Assembly: GCA_965285935.1 (NCBI GenBank)
Contig: OZ260662.1
Span: forward strand, 110,298,001 to 110,362,000
Direction: 5' to 3'
DNA: 64,000 nucleotides
DNA from: Ophelia neglecta
Taxonomy: Eukaryota
Positions 22,668 through 33,859 of this stretch are shown here, in pieces. A program made the translations under genes and the position numbers. The notes under the pieces were generated by a model. The model made no database searches and was not told the DNA's origin. It saw only the letters and a list, made by a program, of their open reading frames with translations. Each line of letters begins with the position of its first letter. Position 1 is the stretch's first letter.

Positions 22668-24545
22668 ATGAGATTCAAGGGAATTGCGACAAGGATTGGA
22701 GTCACCGAAAACATGCCTCAGCACAACAAGAAAATGTGTCTCCCGTTACCCCAGAATAAGAAGTGGTATGATATTATTGTAGGAGACCATGGAGAAGAGG
22801 CAATGGCTTTCTTAGGAAAATCCACAGCTTCTCAAAAGAAAAATCTGATGAATGGTGATTTCATATTTGATAATGCATTTCTAACGAATAGTTTGTTTAG
22901 CAAGTACGACTCGGTAAAGTTCCAACTGAAGAAGCCATTGTGCATAGCTGCTGCAATGGGTGCAAAGACTGTATTAAGAGTTTTAATAGAGAATGGCATC
23001 AATATCGACGGTGTCGAGTTTAATGATTACAATGTAATACACGTTCTAATAGGCATGGCGGTGTATTTTCCGGAGAGAGAAGAAAATTTAGTGGAAGTTT
23101 ATAGTTTGTTGTGTGAACTACTAACCGGAGACCAGCTCGGTGCCTTATTACACGCAGTGGATCATCTTGGGTTCAAGCCTCTCGAGAGTGCTGCAAAACA
23201 AGGTACCTTGAAACTGATGTCAGCTATTTTTGAAACCAAGGACATTTATCTAGCCAAGGTAGTTACAGTGAACACGTTTTCATACAAGTACTATGACCTT
23301 ACAGATTATGAGAACGCGTGCGTACCAGATGCTAAACATTTGCGGTCGCCATTGTTTCAGCTCATGTTCCTGGACAATGGTAAATTGGGTCTGCCCCATG
23401 TTGACGGGATGTTTGGGCCCGACATGCTCATACATGAATGGATTCGAGCAAAATACAATTGTAACCAACTGCTTGTACGCTTTTGGTTTTTACTACGGAT
23501 GAGTTTTTTCTTGGCTTATTTCATATATGATTCGGATGAGGAATGGGTTCGTCGGGCAGGCGGAATTCCAAGCGACCTTCCTATCGGAAATCTTACGACC
23601 AAAGGCTCCCACTTTGTCTACTGTGCAGGCTTTAGTAGTGTAGACAATGGGCCTGCCTTCCGTTATGGGCTTCTAATATTTCTAATTGTATACTGGTGGG
23701 GGTTCACCCTTGTGAGCCTTGTCGACTTGGTGCATACAATCAAACACTGGGCATTCTGGCAAGACTCATCTAAATACCTCCTTGGCAGGAAAGAGACCAT
23801 ACACAGCTACAGCTGGTATCGGATTTGCAACGAAATGACTGTGAATCTCATTGTTTTTAGTATCGCAATTCAAAACCATACCGTTGAGAGTAGGACTGAT
23901 TACGCAAAAGATTTGGCTAGAATCACAGCAACTGTCACAAGCATTTGGTCTCCTCTATATTTCATACAATTGATGCCACATGTCGGCCATTTTGTGATCA
24001 ATATTCAAAGAATGATCGGTGATATATTCAACTTTTCTATGGTGTTTATGGTCATAGTAATGCCTTTTACTCAAACGCTGCTGATATTTGTAAACTTAAA
24101 CTCGAAGCAAGGATGCATTGAGGATTTTTCTGGCCTCTGGAGAGGCGTCTACACTGTGCTGAAGACAATGCAAAATATTGGCGACATCTCCAAAATTGAT
24201 GTAGAAAAACAATTTATTGTCATTATTCTCCACGTTGCCATGATTTTCTTTATCTCAATTCTCCTGCTGAACTTTTTAATTGCGATAATGGCAAACTCTG
24301 TGTCTCAGATGAGTGATCGTGGAAAAGCTATCGTAGACCTACAATACCTTATTGTGTCCAGCCTTTTAGAGATGAGATTTAGGCGGCTTCTAAAGCCATA
24401 TTACAAATGGATGGTCCCAAGATCCTATGTTTGCGAGGGAGAGCGGATATATATTGTACTTACAGTTCCAGCTATACCTTCAGAAATAACTGAAAGGGGC
24501 TCTCATATCGAGCTAAAATTGATGGATGTAGAACATGACACCTAA
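22668..24545 (+). CDS. TRPV-like (TRPV/TRPVL family) cation channel, intronless, ~625 aa
   Basis: Ankyrin repeats (PLCIAAAMGAKTVLRVLIENG...NVIHVL; GFKPLESAAKQG); TRPV linker YYDLTDYE; S4-S5 YFIQLMPHVGHFVINIQRMIGDIFNFSMVF; S6 ILLLNFLIAIMANS; uninterrupted ORF. Confidence 0.88.
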   Translation: MRFKGIATRIGVTENMPQHNKKMCLPLPQNKKWYDIIVGDHGEEAMAFLGKSTASQKKNLMNGDFIFDNAFLTNSLFSKYDSVKFQLKKPLCIAAAMGAKTVLRVLIENGINIDGVEFNDYNVIHVLIGMAVYFPEREENLVEVYSLLCELLTGDQLGALLHAVDHLGFKPLESAAKQGTLKLMSAIFETKDIYLAKVVTVNTFSYKYYDLTDYENACVPDAKHLRSPLFQLMFLDNGKLGLPHVDGMFGPDMLIHEWIRAKYNCNQLLVRFWFLLRMSFFLAYFIYDSDEEWVRRAGGIPSDLPIGNLTTKGSHFVYCAGFSSVDNGPAFRYGLLIFLIVYWWGFTLVSLVDLVHTIKHWAFWQDSSKYLLGRKETIHSYSWYRICNEMTVNLIVFSIAIQNHTVESRTDYAKDLARITATVTSIWSPLYFIQLMPHVGHFVINIQRMIGDIFNFSMVFMVIVMPFTQTLLIFVNLNSKQGCIEDFSGLWRGVYTVLKTMQNIGDISKIDVEKQFIVIILHVAMIFFISILLLNFLIAIMANSVSQMSDRGKAIVDLQYLIVSSLLEMRFRRLLKPYYKWMVPRSYVCEGERIYIVLTVPAIPSEITERGSHIELKLMDVEHDT

Positions 24546-25609
24546 ACGAGACAAATAACAAACACAGCGTGCCACACTACTTATAAATACCATATGAGCT
24601 TGTAAGAATTTTAATAACGGACGGGTATTTGTTTGGGTTATATCTGTTATCAGAGGACAACACTGGGTACAAGCAGTGTGTTTATTGTTTTAGCCAATTT
24701 CGACAACCTTTTATCATTTAAAGATTTGGAGAAAACGGACCCAATCGAAGTAGACTAATCAAATGATGTTATTTATTTAAAATGTCTGACCCACACTTGA
24801 TGATTATTTCTGCAAGCGCTGATCTACAGGTAAGGCTCAATAATGTTAGCCTTATCAGCCTTTTTTTGCTAAATAGTGACTCTGAGGGCCATTAAAAACA
24901 AAACATACAATCGAACAATTCGATAACGTGCCATTTATGTAAGTACATTGTAATTAATGCGTATTTACGTAACCTTTGATCGGGGCATTTAAAACGAAGT
25001 CCCCACAACTGATGTCATCAAATTTATATCATTATCTGCTATGGAAAAGCCAAGCGAAATAACAAGTTTAATACATGTGATGGTGAATACTTTCCATTGG
25101 CACAAAGGCTTTGCTGTGGTTTAATACCCGTCAAATCTGGTAGATTATATGTGTAAATCTTATTATTAGTAGTAGTAGTAGTATTAGCAGTAGTATGAGG
25201 ACTATTATTATCATTAGCAGTCCATCGGTTGATCACAGCTCTTTTTATATATTCTATTACATTTAGAGGGCCTCATTGTTTTAATTAGATTGGATATTGT
25301 CGTAACTCATCCTGGATGCTTCAATTTGATATCATAATTTCCTCTTGTCATACATTCACCGCAGTTTACTAAGTTTAGTTAAAGTTCATTTAAAACTATG
25401 CACCAGATTAAATTAACTCATACAAATGTGTTGCCCACTTCCAAATAAATTAATCGTCAATATAAATATATATAGCAATGTCAAATGTAAAACGGAAACA
25501 AATTGGACCAACTTAACCATTCGCCACTTGACTTGCAGGACCGTATGGAACTAGTATGAGGTATCGACTTTATATACTAATAACATTATGACATTAGATA
25601 TACATGTGG

Positions 25610-27193
25610 CTATAATTCATCTTTAACATTTGAATTAGTGTTTTCCCTTGTGAGCATTGTTCTGAGTAAGGGGGCTGTCGAGTCTCATAAGGGACTCAAT
25701 GCGATCGCCCTGGAGAAGGAAGCCTCCCTGCCGATTGTAATCATCACAGCCGCACTGAGGGCGGTAGTACAGGAACACGTTTGCGTACAGGTCCCCGTTG
25801 TGCGGTTGAGGTCGTCCGTGAATGAGTTTAGCGGACTCCCGCACACCATACATAGGCTTTTACATCGACTGTCAGTTCTATCATGTCATTCGTAACTTCG
25901 TCGTAGTTTATAACGGAACCTGTAAAAGGTGAATTCTCTTCCCGAGAGAGGGGCTTGTGTGCGTCATAGAACTGACGTAGTAACTTATACCACTCATCGG
26001 GGATCTTTCTTAGGTGGTAGCCATGCTCAGTCAGTATGGGAACAAACAAGGGTTGTTTGAGTATCAGCATGTATCGGTCACTGTTCGTCTGTGACCACTC
26101 TTTTACTCGGGTTTCTTTCTTTGTAAACCGGTTCAGGATATCCAGTACTACAATGTCATCCGACTGGGTATCTCCATGGCTGTTCATGACGTTTATCACC
26201 AACGGACAGTTATTTCATAGGAACGGATGAATATCTCAGTCGGATCACTATAGGCCATCACAAGACTTGATTCATAAATAGAGATGTCTTTATTCTCCTC
26301 TGGCAGCATGCTGAATTGTGGGTAGGCTTCATGATCCGGTCCAGCCGGACCAAGATGGTCCACAAGTATCTTTACTGATATATCCTTGGAATTGGATATG
26401 GTGACCTTGACCTTGAGCTGGTCCCATACCCAGGTAAACAAAGTTGTTAAACGGGAATTTGTATCTACGTTCTGTTGCCAGGTAACAGCTGTTTCATTCT
26501 TAGTGCTGCCTCTTGGTATAAACAGTACCTTTAAAGCGCATGGTATAAAACATATCAAATATTAGTGCCGTAAATCTCAATGATCTCTCCGATATTGCAC
26601 GATGCTACATCTTCTCAACTAGGTTTCTATAAAATTACTATCGTGGATTCGCAGATACTGGGAATATTAATGGTTTTATTATAAATCAAAGAATCTTAAG
26701 GCTGTAATGTGTTTTGATCATAAGAACAGGAACTGACCTCGGGACAGTTGACGACATTGAACCTGAGGCGAAGGTCGTCTGCATTGTCCTTGAACCACGT
26801 GTGTTCCTGTGAGGTGCGGTAGTCATGCTGTAGATAGACCAGCCTTCTCGTAGGAGGCGCAGCAAGGGAAACTAACCCAAGTTTATTCATTTTGTTAGAG
26901 CAGCTGGAATCGTAAATCGCTAACAATCCATGTTTGTCACTAACAATCCATGTTTGTCACTAACAATCCATGTTTGTCACTAACAATCCATGTTTGTCAC
27001 TAACAATCCATGTTTGTCAATAACAATCCTTGTTTGTCACTAACAATCCATGTATGTCAGTGATTCCTGAGCCATCAGTCTTCATGATATGGTCATCAAG
27101 ATGCTCCCCACTCCACACGTTAAAATGGCTGTCCGTGTAAACGACAGATAATATACTACTGATCATCATGACCAGAGCAATGCACACAACCAT
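25610..27193 (-). pseudogene. Pseudogene paralog (copy A) of the ER 2OG-Fe(II) oxygenase; exons 27193-26738 and 26528-25610
   Basis: Collinear with 30974-32713 (FNVWSGE, YDSSC, QHDYRT, CPE|V, ESAKLIHGRP, KDEL). Lesions: 20-bp repeat expansion with a stop, 1-nt frameshift at ~26205, two deletions at ~25838/25851 removing HxD, and KDEL out of frame. Confidence 0.88.
26921..27060. repeat. 7 x 20-bp tandem repeat TAACAATCCATGTTTGTCAC inside the coding exon of copy A
   Basis: Directly visible; the paralog has a single corresponding unit (DKNALL). Confidence 0.95.
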
Positions 27194-27810
27194 CCTAGAT
27201 ATGATGCTCGGTAACTCTCTTCGAAAATACTAAGATAGGTGTTCAACCTGCGAGCATAAAAAAACTAAAAGCATTTCATGGTTGAGTCACAGATGTTTGG
27301 ATTTTTTTATCCGGTATACGTCCTGCAAAAGTAAGTTAAACCGTTTTTCTCCCTTTTAATAATTACTCATATGTAAAGAACTGTATAGATAGTTATTGCA
27401 TGTCAAACTAATAAAGGGAATTGAATTTAAATAAAACGTCCTTCTTCATCAAACCAATTTATAAATAGAATGAAAAGTATTTTTGTGGCACTCGGTATAG
27501 GTCCTATGTGTATAAGTATATTATTTTTTGAGAGTGAGTTTCGAACCTTTTTATGGTACTGTAACTGAAAATGTGTGTCATGTTGGTTGAAGGACGACAT
27601 TTCTATTGAATTCATATCTACAGATAGGGAATGGGGATTGATTAACACAACATAAAAGAACACAGCTTGGAGAAAGCTTTCATACATCAACTTATTCTCG
27701 TACACTATTTGTGATGGCACATTTTCAATGTCAAATAGATTATATGCTTCATATTTCAACCAGTGTAAGAACGAAACTTTGATAAATGTTTTGCTAATGA
27801 TAAATACAAT

Positions 27811-28899
27811 ACGGAAATCACACACACAACTGGCACACATGTAAGGATAAATACAGGACGGAAATAACACACCCAACTGTCACATATGTAAGGATAGGTG
27901 CAGTACGGAAATCACACACACAACTGGCACACATGTAATGATAAACACAGTACGGAAATCACACACACAACTGGCACACATGTAATGATAAACACAGTAC
28001 GGAAATCACACACACAACTGGCACACATGTAAGGATAAATACAGGACGGGAATCACACACCCAACTGTCATAAATGTAATGATGAACACAGTACGGAAAT
28101 CACACACACATCTGGCACATATGTAAGGATAGGTGCAGCACGGAAATCACACACACAACTGGCAAGTATGTAATGAAAAACACAGTACGGAAATCACACA
28201 CACAACTGGCACATATGAAATGATTAACACAGTATAGAAATCACATTCACATCTGGCACATATGTAAGGATAGGTGCAGTACGGAAATCACACACACAAC
28301 TGTCACATATGTAATGATAAACACAATACGAAAATCACACACACAACTGGCACATATGTAATGATAAACACAATACGGAAATCACACACACAACTGTCAC
28401 ATATGTAATGATAAACACAATACGGAAATCACACACACAACTGGCACATATGTAATGATAAACACAGCACGGAAATCACACACACAACTGGCACACATGT
28501 AAGGATAAATACAGGACGGAAATCACACACCCAACTGTCACATGTGTAAGGATAGGTGCAGTAAGGAAATCACACACACAACTGGCACACATGTAATGAT
28601 AAACACAGTACGGAAATCACACACACAACTGGCACACATGTAAGGATAAATACAGGACGGAAATCACACACCCAACTGTCACATATGTAAGGATAGGTGC
28701 AGTACGGAAATCACACACACAACTGGCAAGTATGTAATGAAAAACACAGTACGGAAATCACACACACAACTGGCACACATGTAATGATGAACACAGTACG
28801 GAAATCACACACACAACTGGCACACATGTAATGATGAACACAGTACGGAAATCACACACACAACTGGCACACATGAAAGGATACATACAGGACGGAATC
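27811..28899. repeat. Minisatellite, 23 x 47 bp (ACGGAAATCACACACACAACTGGCACACATGTAATGATAAACACAGT)
   Basis: Exact 47-bp period from 27811 to 28891 with recurring unit variants. Confidence 0.97.
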
Positions 28900-30164
28900 A
28901 TATTATGATAATAAAACTAAAAGGATCCAGGGGCAATTTAAATAGAAAATACGTGTCCATAAACACCGTGGGTAGATGTCTTTATATTTTACATAGGCAT
29001 ATTTACGGTATTATATATATATAGGAATATTGCAATCAGAATGAATGTGATTAAACTGTCTTCTTTAACTAACCGAAAGCAATGAATACAACACCAGTAC
29101 ATCGGGACATACAAACATGATTTCATAGACATTATTTTGGTAGAAGTATGCGATCACATCTCGCTGATCCTGTTTCGAGATTGGGTCACGTAGTTGTGTT
29201 GGTCCAATGCTTTCGATTACTTGGTAGTGTGATGATGAAAATTCTCTGGTGTCACTGAACACCAGTCATGCGTGCAAGTTAAGGTTCACGTTAAATTAGA
29301 AAACACATTATTTACGTATATAAGCATACATAAACGTTAACACTAAACTGGTAATAACTGTGAATAGAAAATGGTCGTATCAGAAAACCTAACGGAATCA
29401 ATAATTTTACAAGGAATTGTAGACAATTTTTGACAAATACACGTAAGTTAGATGCAATGTAACATTGGACGTGGGCGTCATGCCTGGACACCAGGCTTTT
29501 CAAGTTGTTGCTGTATTTACTTATCCCGTGGGCTTGGTTTCTGGAAGTCGTCCTAAATAAGTCTTAAGTTCTTAATTTGGTCTTAATTTAAAAGCGAGAT
29601 ATCAGCGATGCCCTAACTGTCGACCAGTTAGATAGACAGTAAGTCTTCTGAAACTTGACAATAGCTACCGTTTTTGGGGGACCTTATGGCGTTTTACAAT
29701 GGGGTTGATTCCGGTTGATTTTTGCGATTGGTCCACAACGATTGGCAGGCTGGAAGAAATCAATGGTGCTAGCTGAGGTTGTGGATCGTAAGAGAGACTT
29801 ATGGCAGACGGATATTTTAATTTTCGTTAGAGATGCAAAATGGAATAACTTGCTAATATGTTAGCGAACAAGTAAACGACTAGTTTCGCTTGATACCAAG
29901 AATCAACATTTGAATTCGAAATGGCGTTTGCCGATTAGCACACCTTTTTTTTCTTTAAGTAAGTAGTATAATACCGAGACGTCGGCAGTTTTGGCACTGG
30001 TAGTAATAACATAGACTAGGTTTTCCGTCTGATTGCAATGAACTGATCACAGAAATTAGCAATGTTGTCAAAAGCTGATACGGCAAACGACAAGCCCCTG
30101 TGGCCAGCGCAGCTTTCGACACTATTAATCCCGGGATTCTTTTGGACAGGATGCATAGGCTCCA

Positions 30165-30286
30165 ATATGGTCCTTTCATCGGAGGTACATAAACATGGAA
30201 AAGATAGGACATTGGAATTCAAAAACTGTCCTGCCATCGAAAGTGGCCCTTCATCGGAGGGGCCCTACATGGAAGTGACTACTTAT
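30165..30286. mobile_element. Tc1/mariner (pogo-like) MITE fragment, copy 2
   Basis: Shares TTCATCGGAGGT, GGAATTCAAAAA and GTGGCCCTTCAT..GAGGGGCC.TACAT with 15785-15904. Confidence 0.5.
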
Positions 30287-30973
30287 AGCCCAATGTTGCT
30301 ATAAGCGCATTATAAAGCAGAGATAGAATATAAACACATATTTAACACATCTTATTTTTTGATAGATGTAACACATCTTATATTTGGATAGACTTTGACT
30401 TAACATTATTTGGAGAAATAAGAGGAACCAGAAAATACCATCAGTTAAAATAATTCTATGCTACACATGTAGATAAATACTCCTTGTGATTAGTTAAATA
30501 AATTACTAATGAATCATGGGTGAGATAAAATTATGTGTACATTGTGAGAACCAACTAACCACCCAAAAAGACGATTAAACGTAAAATGCTGGGCAATTCA
30601 TAGCATTTTTAAACCAAAACTTAATGCAAAATCCATCGATTAATAGTACAATTTGCCCTAGCCATCCATTTATAAGCCGCTAGTGTTACTAAAAAAATAA
30701 CTTGAATATTGGAGTAAGCAAGGTTCTTCAAATAAAAATAAAACTATTGATCACAAATTCAAAAATAAACGATCAACTTTTCGCGAGTAAGTATCACAAT
30801 AGCAACATCAAAGTAATAAGCAATGAACATGCGCAAACAACCTTCCGTGGCACAAATCTAACGAACGTAGCATATGCGCATATCATTTGTTTTAACTCAG
30901 ATATGCAATTTGTAACAAGAAAAAATAACAAGTACAAGCAGGGTGTTTTCACTTTCGATTATAAGGTTAGAAG

Positions 30974-32152
30974 CTAAAGCTCGTCCTTGAACTTCGACTT
31001 AGTATAGAAGACTTTTCTCTTGTGGGCATTTTTCTGTGTCAGATGGCTGTTAAGCGGCATAAGAGACTCTATCTGGTCACCCTTGCTAAGCAGGCCTCCA
31101 TGACGTTTATAATCATTCCAGCCACTCTGAGGCCGGTAATGAAGGAAAACATTTGCGTACAGGTCCCCGTTGAGAGGCTGGGGTCGTCCGTGAATGAGTT
31201 TAGCGGACTCGTACATTAACATCTCTCCTGGAGACAGCTCAATATGGTGACGGTCTCCTTGGTAATCTATGACCTCCAGTAACCATGGGGTCCGGACCTG
31301 TTGATCTATCTGTAGAATTGCTGAAATGACGTGTGTTTCTATGCGGTCCACGTGATTCCGTAGTATACTGCCGTTGTGGTACACGCGCACCCCGTAAAAG
31401 GCAGTCATCTCCAACTTGCAGTCACACCATTCCTCCATCAGGGTCTTGAGTCCGTCAGCAACATAGGTTTTCACTTCAGAGGTCAGCTCTATCATGTCAT
31501 TCGGCACTTCATCGTAGTTGATAACAGAGTCTATAAATGGCCACGTCTCCTCGCGGGAGAGGGGCTTGTGAGCGTCATAGAATTGTCGCAATACGCTGTA
31601 CCACTGCTCTGGGATCTTTCTCAGGTGGTAGCCATGCTCCGTGAGCTCGTGGACAAGCAAGGGTTGTTTGAGATTCAGCAAGTAGCGATCACTGTTTGTC
31701 CGTAACCATTCTCTAATTCTGACGTCTTCCTTTTCAAATCTGCTCTGGATATCACCCCTTACCATTTCCTCCAATCTGTCATCTCCAGGGCTGTTTATCA
31801 GGTTTATCACCATCGGACCAGTTACTTCCCACGCGCCGATGAATGTTTCAGTCTGACGGTGCCTTCCGGCAGTATAGGTCATTACAAGACTTGATTCGTA
31901 TATAGAAATTTCCTTAGTTTCTCCTGGCATCATGCTGAATTGTGGGTAGAATTCCGGACTTGGGCCAGCCACATCAAGACGCTCCACGCGTACTTTTACT
32001 GCTAGGTCCTTGAAGTTTTTTATTATAACCTTGACCTTTATCTGATCCCATACCCAGGTGCGAAAGGGGACGGTTGAAATACTTGGATCTAGACTCCATT
32101 GCCAGGCGGCAACAGGATCACTTTTAGTTCTACCTCGAGATATGAACAACAC
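30974..32152 (-). CDS. ER-resident 2OG-Fe(II) oxygenase (copy B), coding exon 2
   Basis: Acceptor CTACAG|GTG; catalytic region FYGVRVY...RNHVDR...ISAILQIDQ...PWLLEV...PGEMLMYESAKLIHGRP...YANVFLHYRP with HxD (31346-31354) and distal His (31190-31192); C-terminal KDEL-stop. Confidence 0.9.
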   Translation of the reverse strand: MLFISRGRTKSDPVAAWQWSLDPSISTVPFRTWVWDQIKVKVIIKNFKDLAVKVRVERLDVAGPSPEFYPQFSMMPGETKEISIYESSLVMTYTAGRHRQTETFIGAWEVTGPMVINLINSPGDDRLEEMVRGDIQSRFEKEDVRIREWLRTNSDRYLLNLKQPLLVHELTEHGYHLRKIPEQWYSVLRQFYDAHKPLSREETWPFIDSVINYDEVPNDMIELTSEVKTYVADGLKTLMEEWCDCKLEMTAFYGVRVYHNGSILRNHVDRIETHVISAILQIDQQVRTPWLLEVIDYQGDRHHIELSPGEMLMYESAKLIHGRPQPLNGDLYANVFLHYRPQSGWNDYKRHGGLLSKGDQIESLMPLNSHLTQKNAHKRKVFYTKSKFKDEL

Positions 32153-32374
32153 CTGTAGTATATATTGTATTATATTACATTACATATGAACATTCATTGA
32201 AGTTCGTTGAGTAAAAATTTGGAAGTTCGAGAAGTTAACATAGATTGAGATGATCTTCACTAATTACTTTAAGATAAATAAAAAGCCAATGGTAAATATT
32301 TTGTAGCTCATATTTTGGCCTAAGGTGATTAGTATGTTACACAAACTAGAAGGAAAACCTTAACATGTACTAAC

Positions 32375-32713
32375 CTCGGGACATTTGCTGACCTTGAATC
32401 GGAAGCGAAGGTCGTCTCCATTGTCCTTGAACCACGTATGTTCCTGGGCTGTGCGGTAGTCATGTTGTAGATACACAAGAGTGCTGGTTGGAGGCAGAGC
32501 AAATGAAGATATGCCCAACTTATATGTCATGATTTGCGAGCAGCTCGAATCGTAAATTACCAACAAAGCATTCTTGTCCGTAGTACCGGATCCGTCAGTT
32601 TTCATAAGAATGTCATCAAGATTCTCTCCACTCCATACGTTGAAAATATTGGCCGTCGATGGTGATATCAGTACAAAAACCGTAACTACGGAAATGGTGA
32701 TGTGAGAAGCCAT
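32375..32713 (-). CDS. ER-resident 2OG-Fe(II) oxygenase (copy B), coding exon 1 (signal peptide + thioredoxin-like segment)
   Basis: MASHITISVVTVFVLISPSTA signal peptide; phase-0 donor GAG|GTTAGT joins exon 2 in frame (113+392 = 505 aa); same intron position in copy A; a 5'UTR acceptor (CAG|GTT) is conserved in both copies (32766, 27247). Confidence 0.88.
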
Positions 32714-33859
32714 CCTAACCGATCATATGTTTTAAGACTCTTCAATATATTTCAGATTTGTTGAACCTGGCAGGAAAGAGCAATGGAATCAATCAGGTTG
32801 GGTTACTTAATTCAGGCAGGGATACTTCGTTAACGGTTCTTGGAATAGAAAGTTTGGCTTTCACTTTAAGATGAACTTTTGTTTATGATATACATGTAAT
32901 CATATTGTACGAAGTAAAAAACGAACTTGGTTCGCTTTGGGCAATTATATTTCTGTTAGAGTATTTGGGGAGCTTCCCACGTTTTTATGAAAGACATTTA
33001 TGATTTATAGATGATAATTCTTAAATATTCACGTGAATATTATATCCATCAATTTTCGTTTCATTCATTTCATTTAGTTTTGTTTACGAATAAATGTGGT
33101 ATATAAATGTAAACTAGATATAAATGTAAAATTAATCATCTTGCATATATGGCATGAACGGTACAAGAATTGTAAACGATGAGAACATACACGAGATTGT
33201 CTTGATTCTTTAATGACAATAAGGGATTATTCCAATTCCTAATTGCTCAGGTTTTTACCAGAGTGCAAATTACTGATAGCAGAGAGATTGCTATCATAGT
33301 ATCAATTGAAATATAAATGACTGCAAACTGACGTCGTGTTTAAAATGGATGGTGACCCCTCCTTCTTAATTCCTTTACTGTTTACATACATAGGGAGCGG
33401 AATTATCATATAAGGAATACACACAATGAAAAATAAAAAAACCCAACACAAACCGCCTTCCTTTTGTTAGCTATGTATACCAAATAGAAGAGTGTGTATT
33501 GCCCCTAGTTTAGGTCTTATCTAGCAGGGGGACGTGCCTTGTACCTTTATCATTACTATGTTGTCATTATAACACCAAATACATTTTATTTATTAAAATC
33601 GGATGGAAAACCCGAGGAATGGTCATTAGCATAAAAAGATGCTACGCGATTCGTCAAATATGCTATCCATCAGAAATGTAATTCTCAGCGGTTGAGGGAC
33701 GATTTAGCGGATAATTGATTTGCCTGGGACCGATGAGTGGTTTTATGAGGTAGTGACAAGGTCTTTTCAGCTTTGGCCACCGTCCAGACAAGACGTATAT
33801 TTTTGACAGCGTTCCGTATATATACACGTGTGTTTTTCGGTTTGGTATGGAAGATGACG

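Noticed and set aside
27811-28899. CRISPR-like array
   Set aside because: There are no unique spacers; the variable parts are point variants of one 47-bp unit; eukaryotic context with no cas genes
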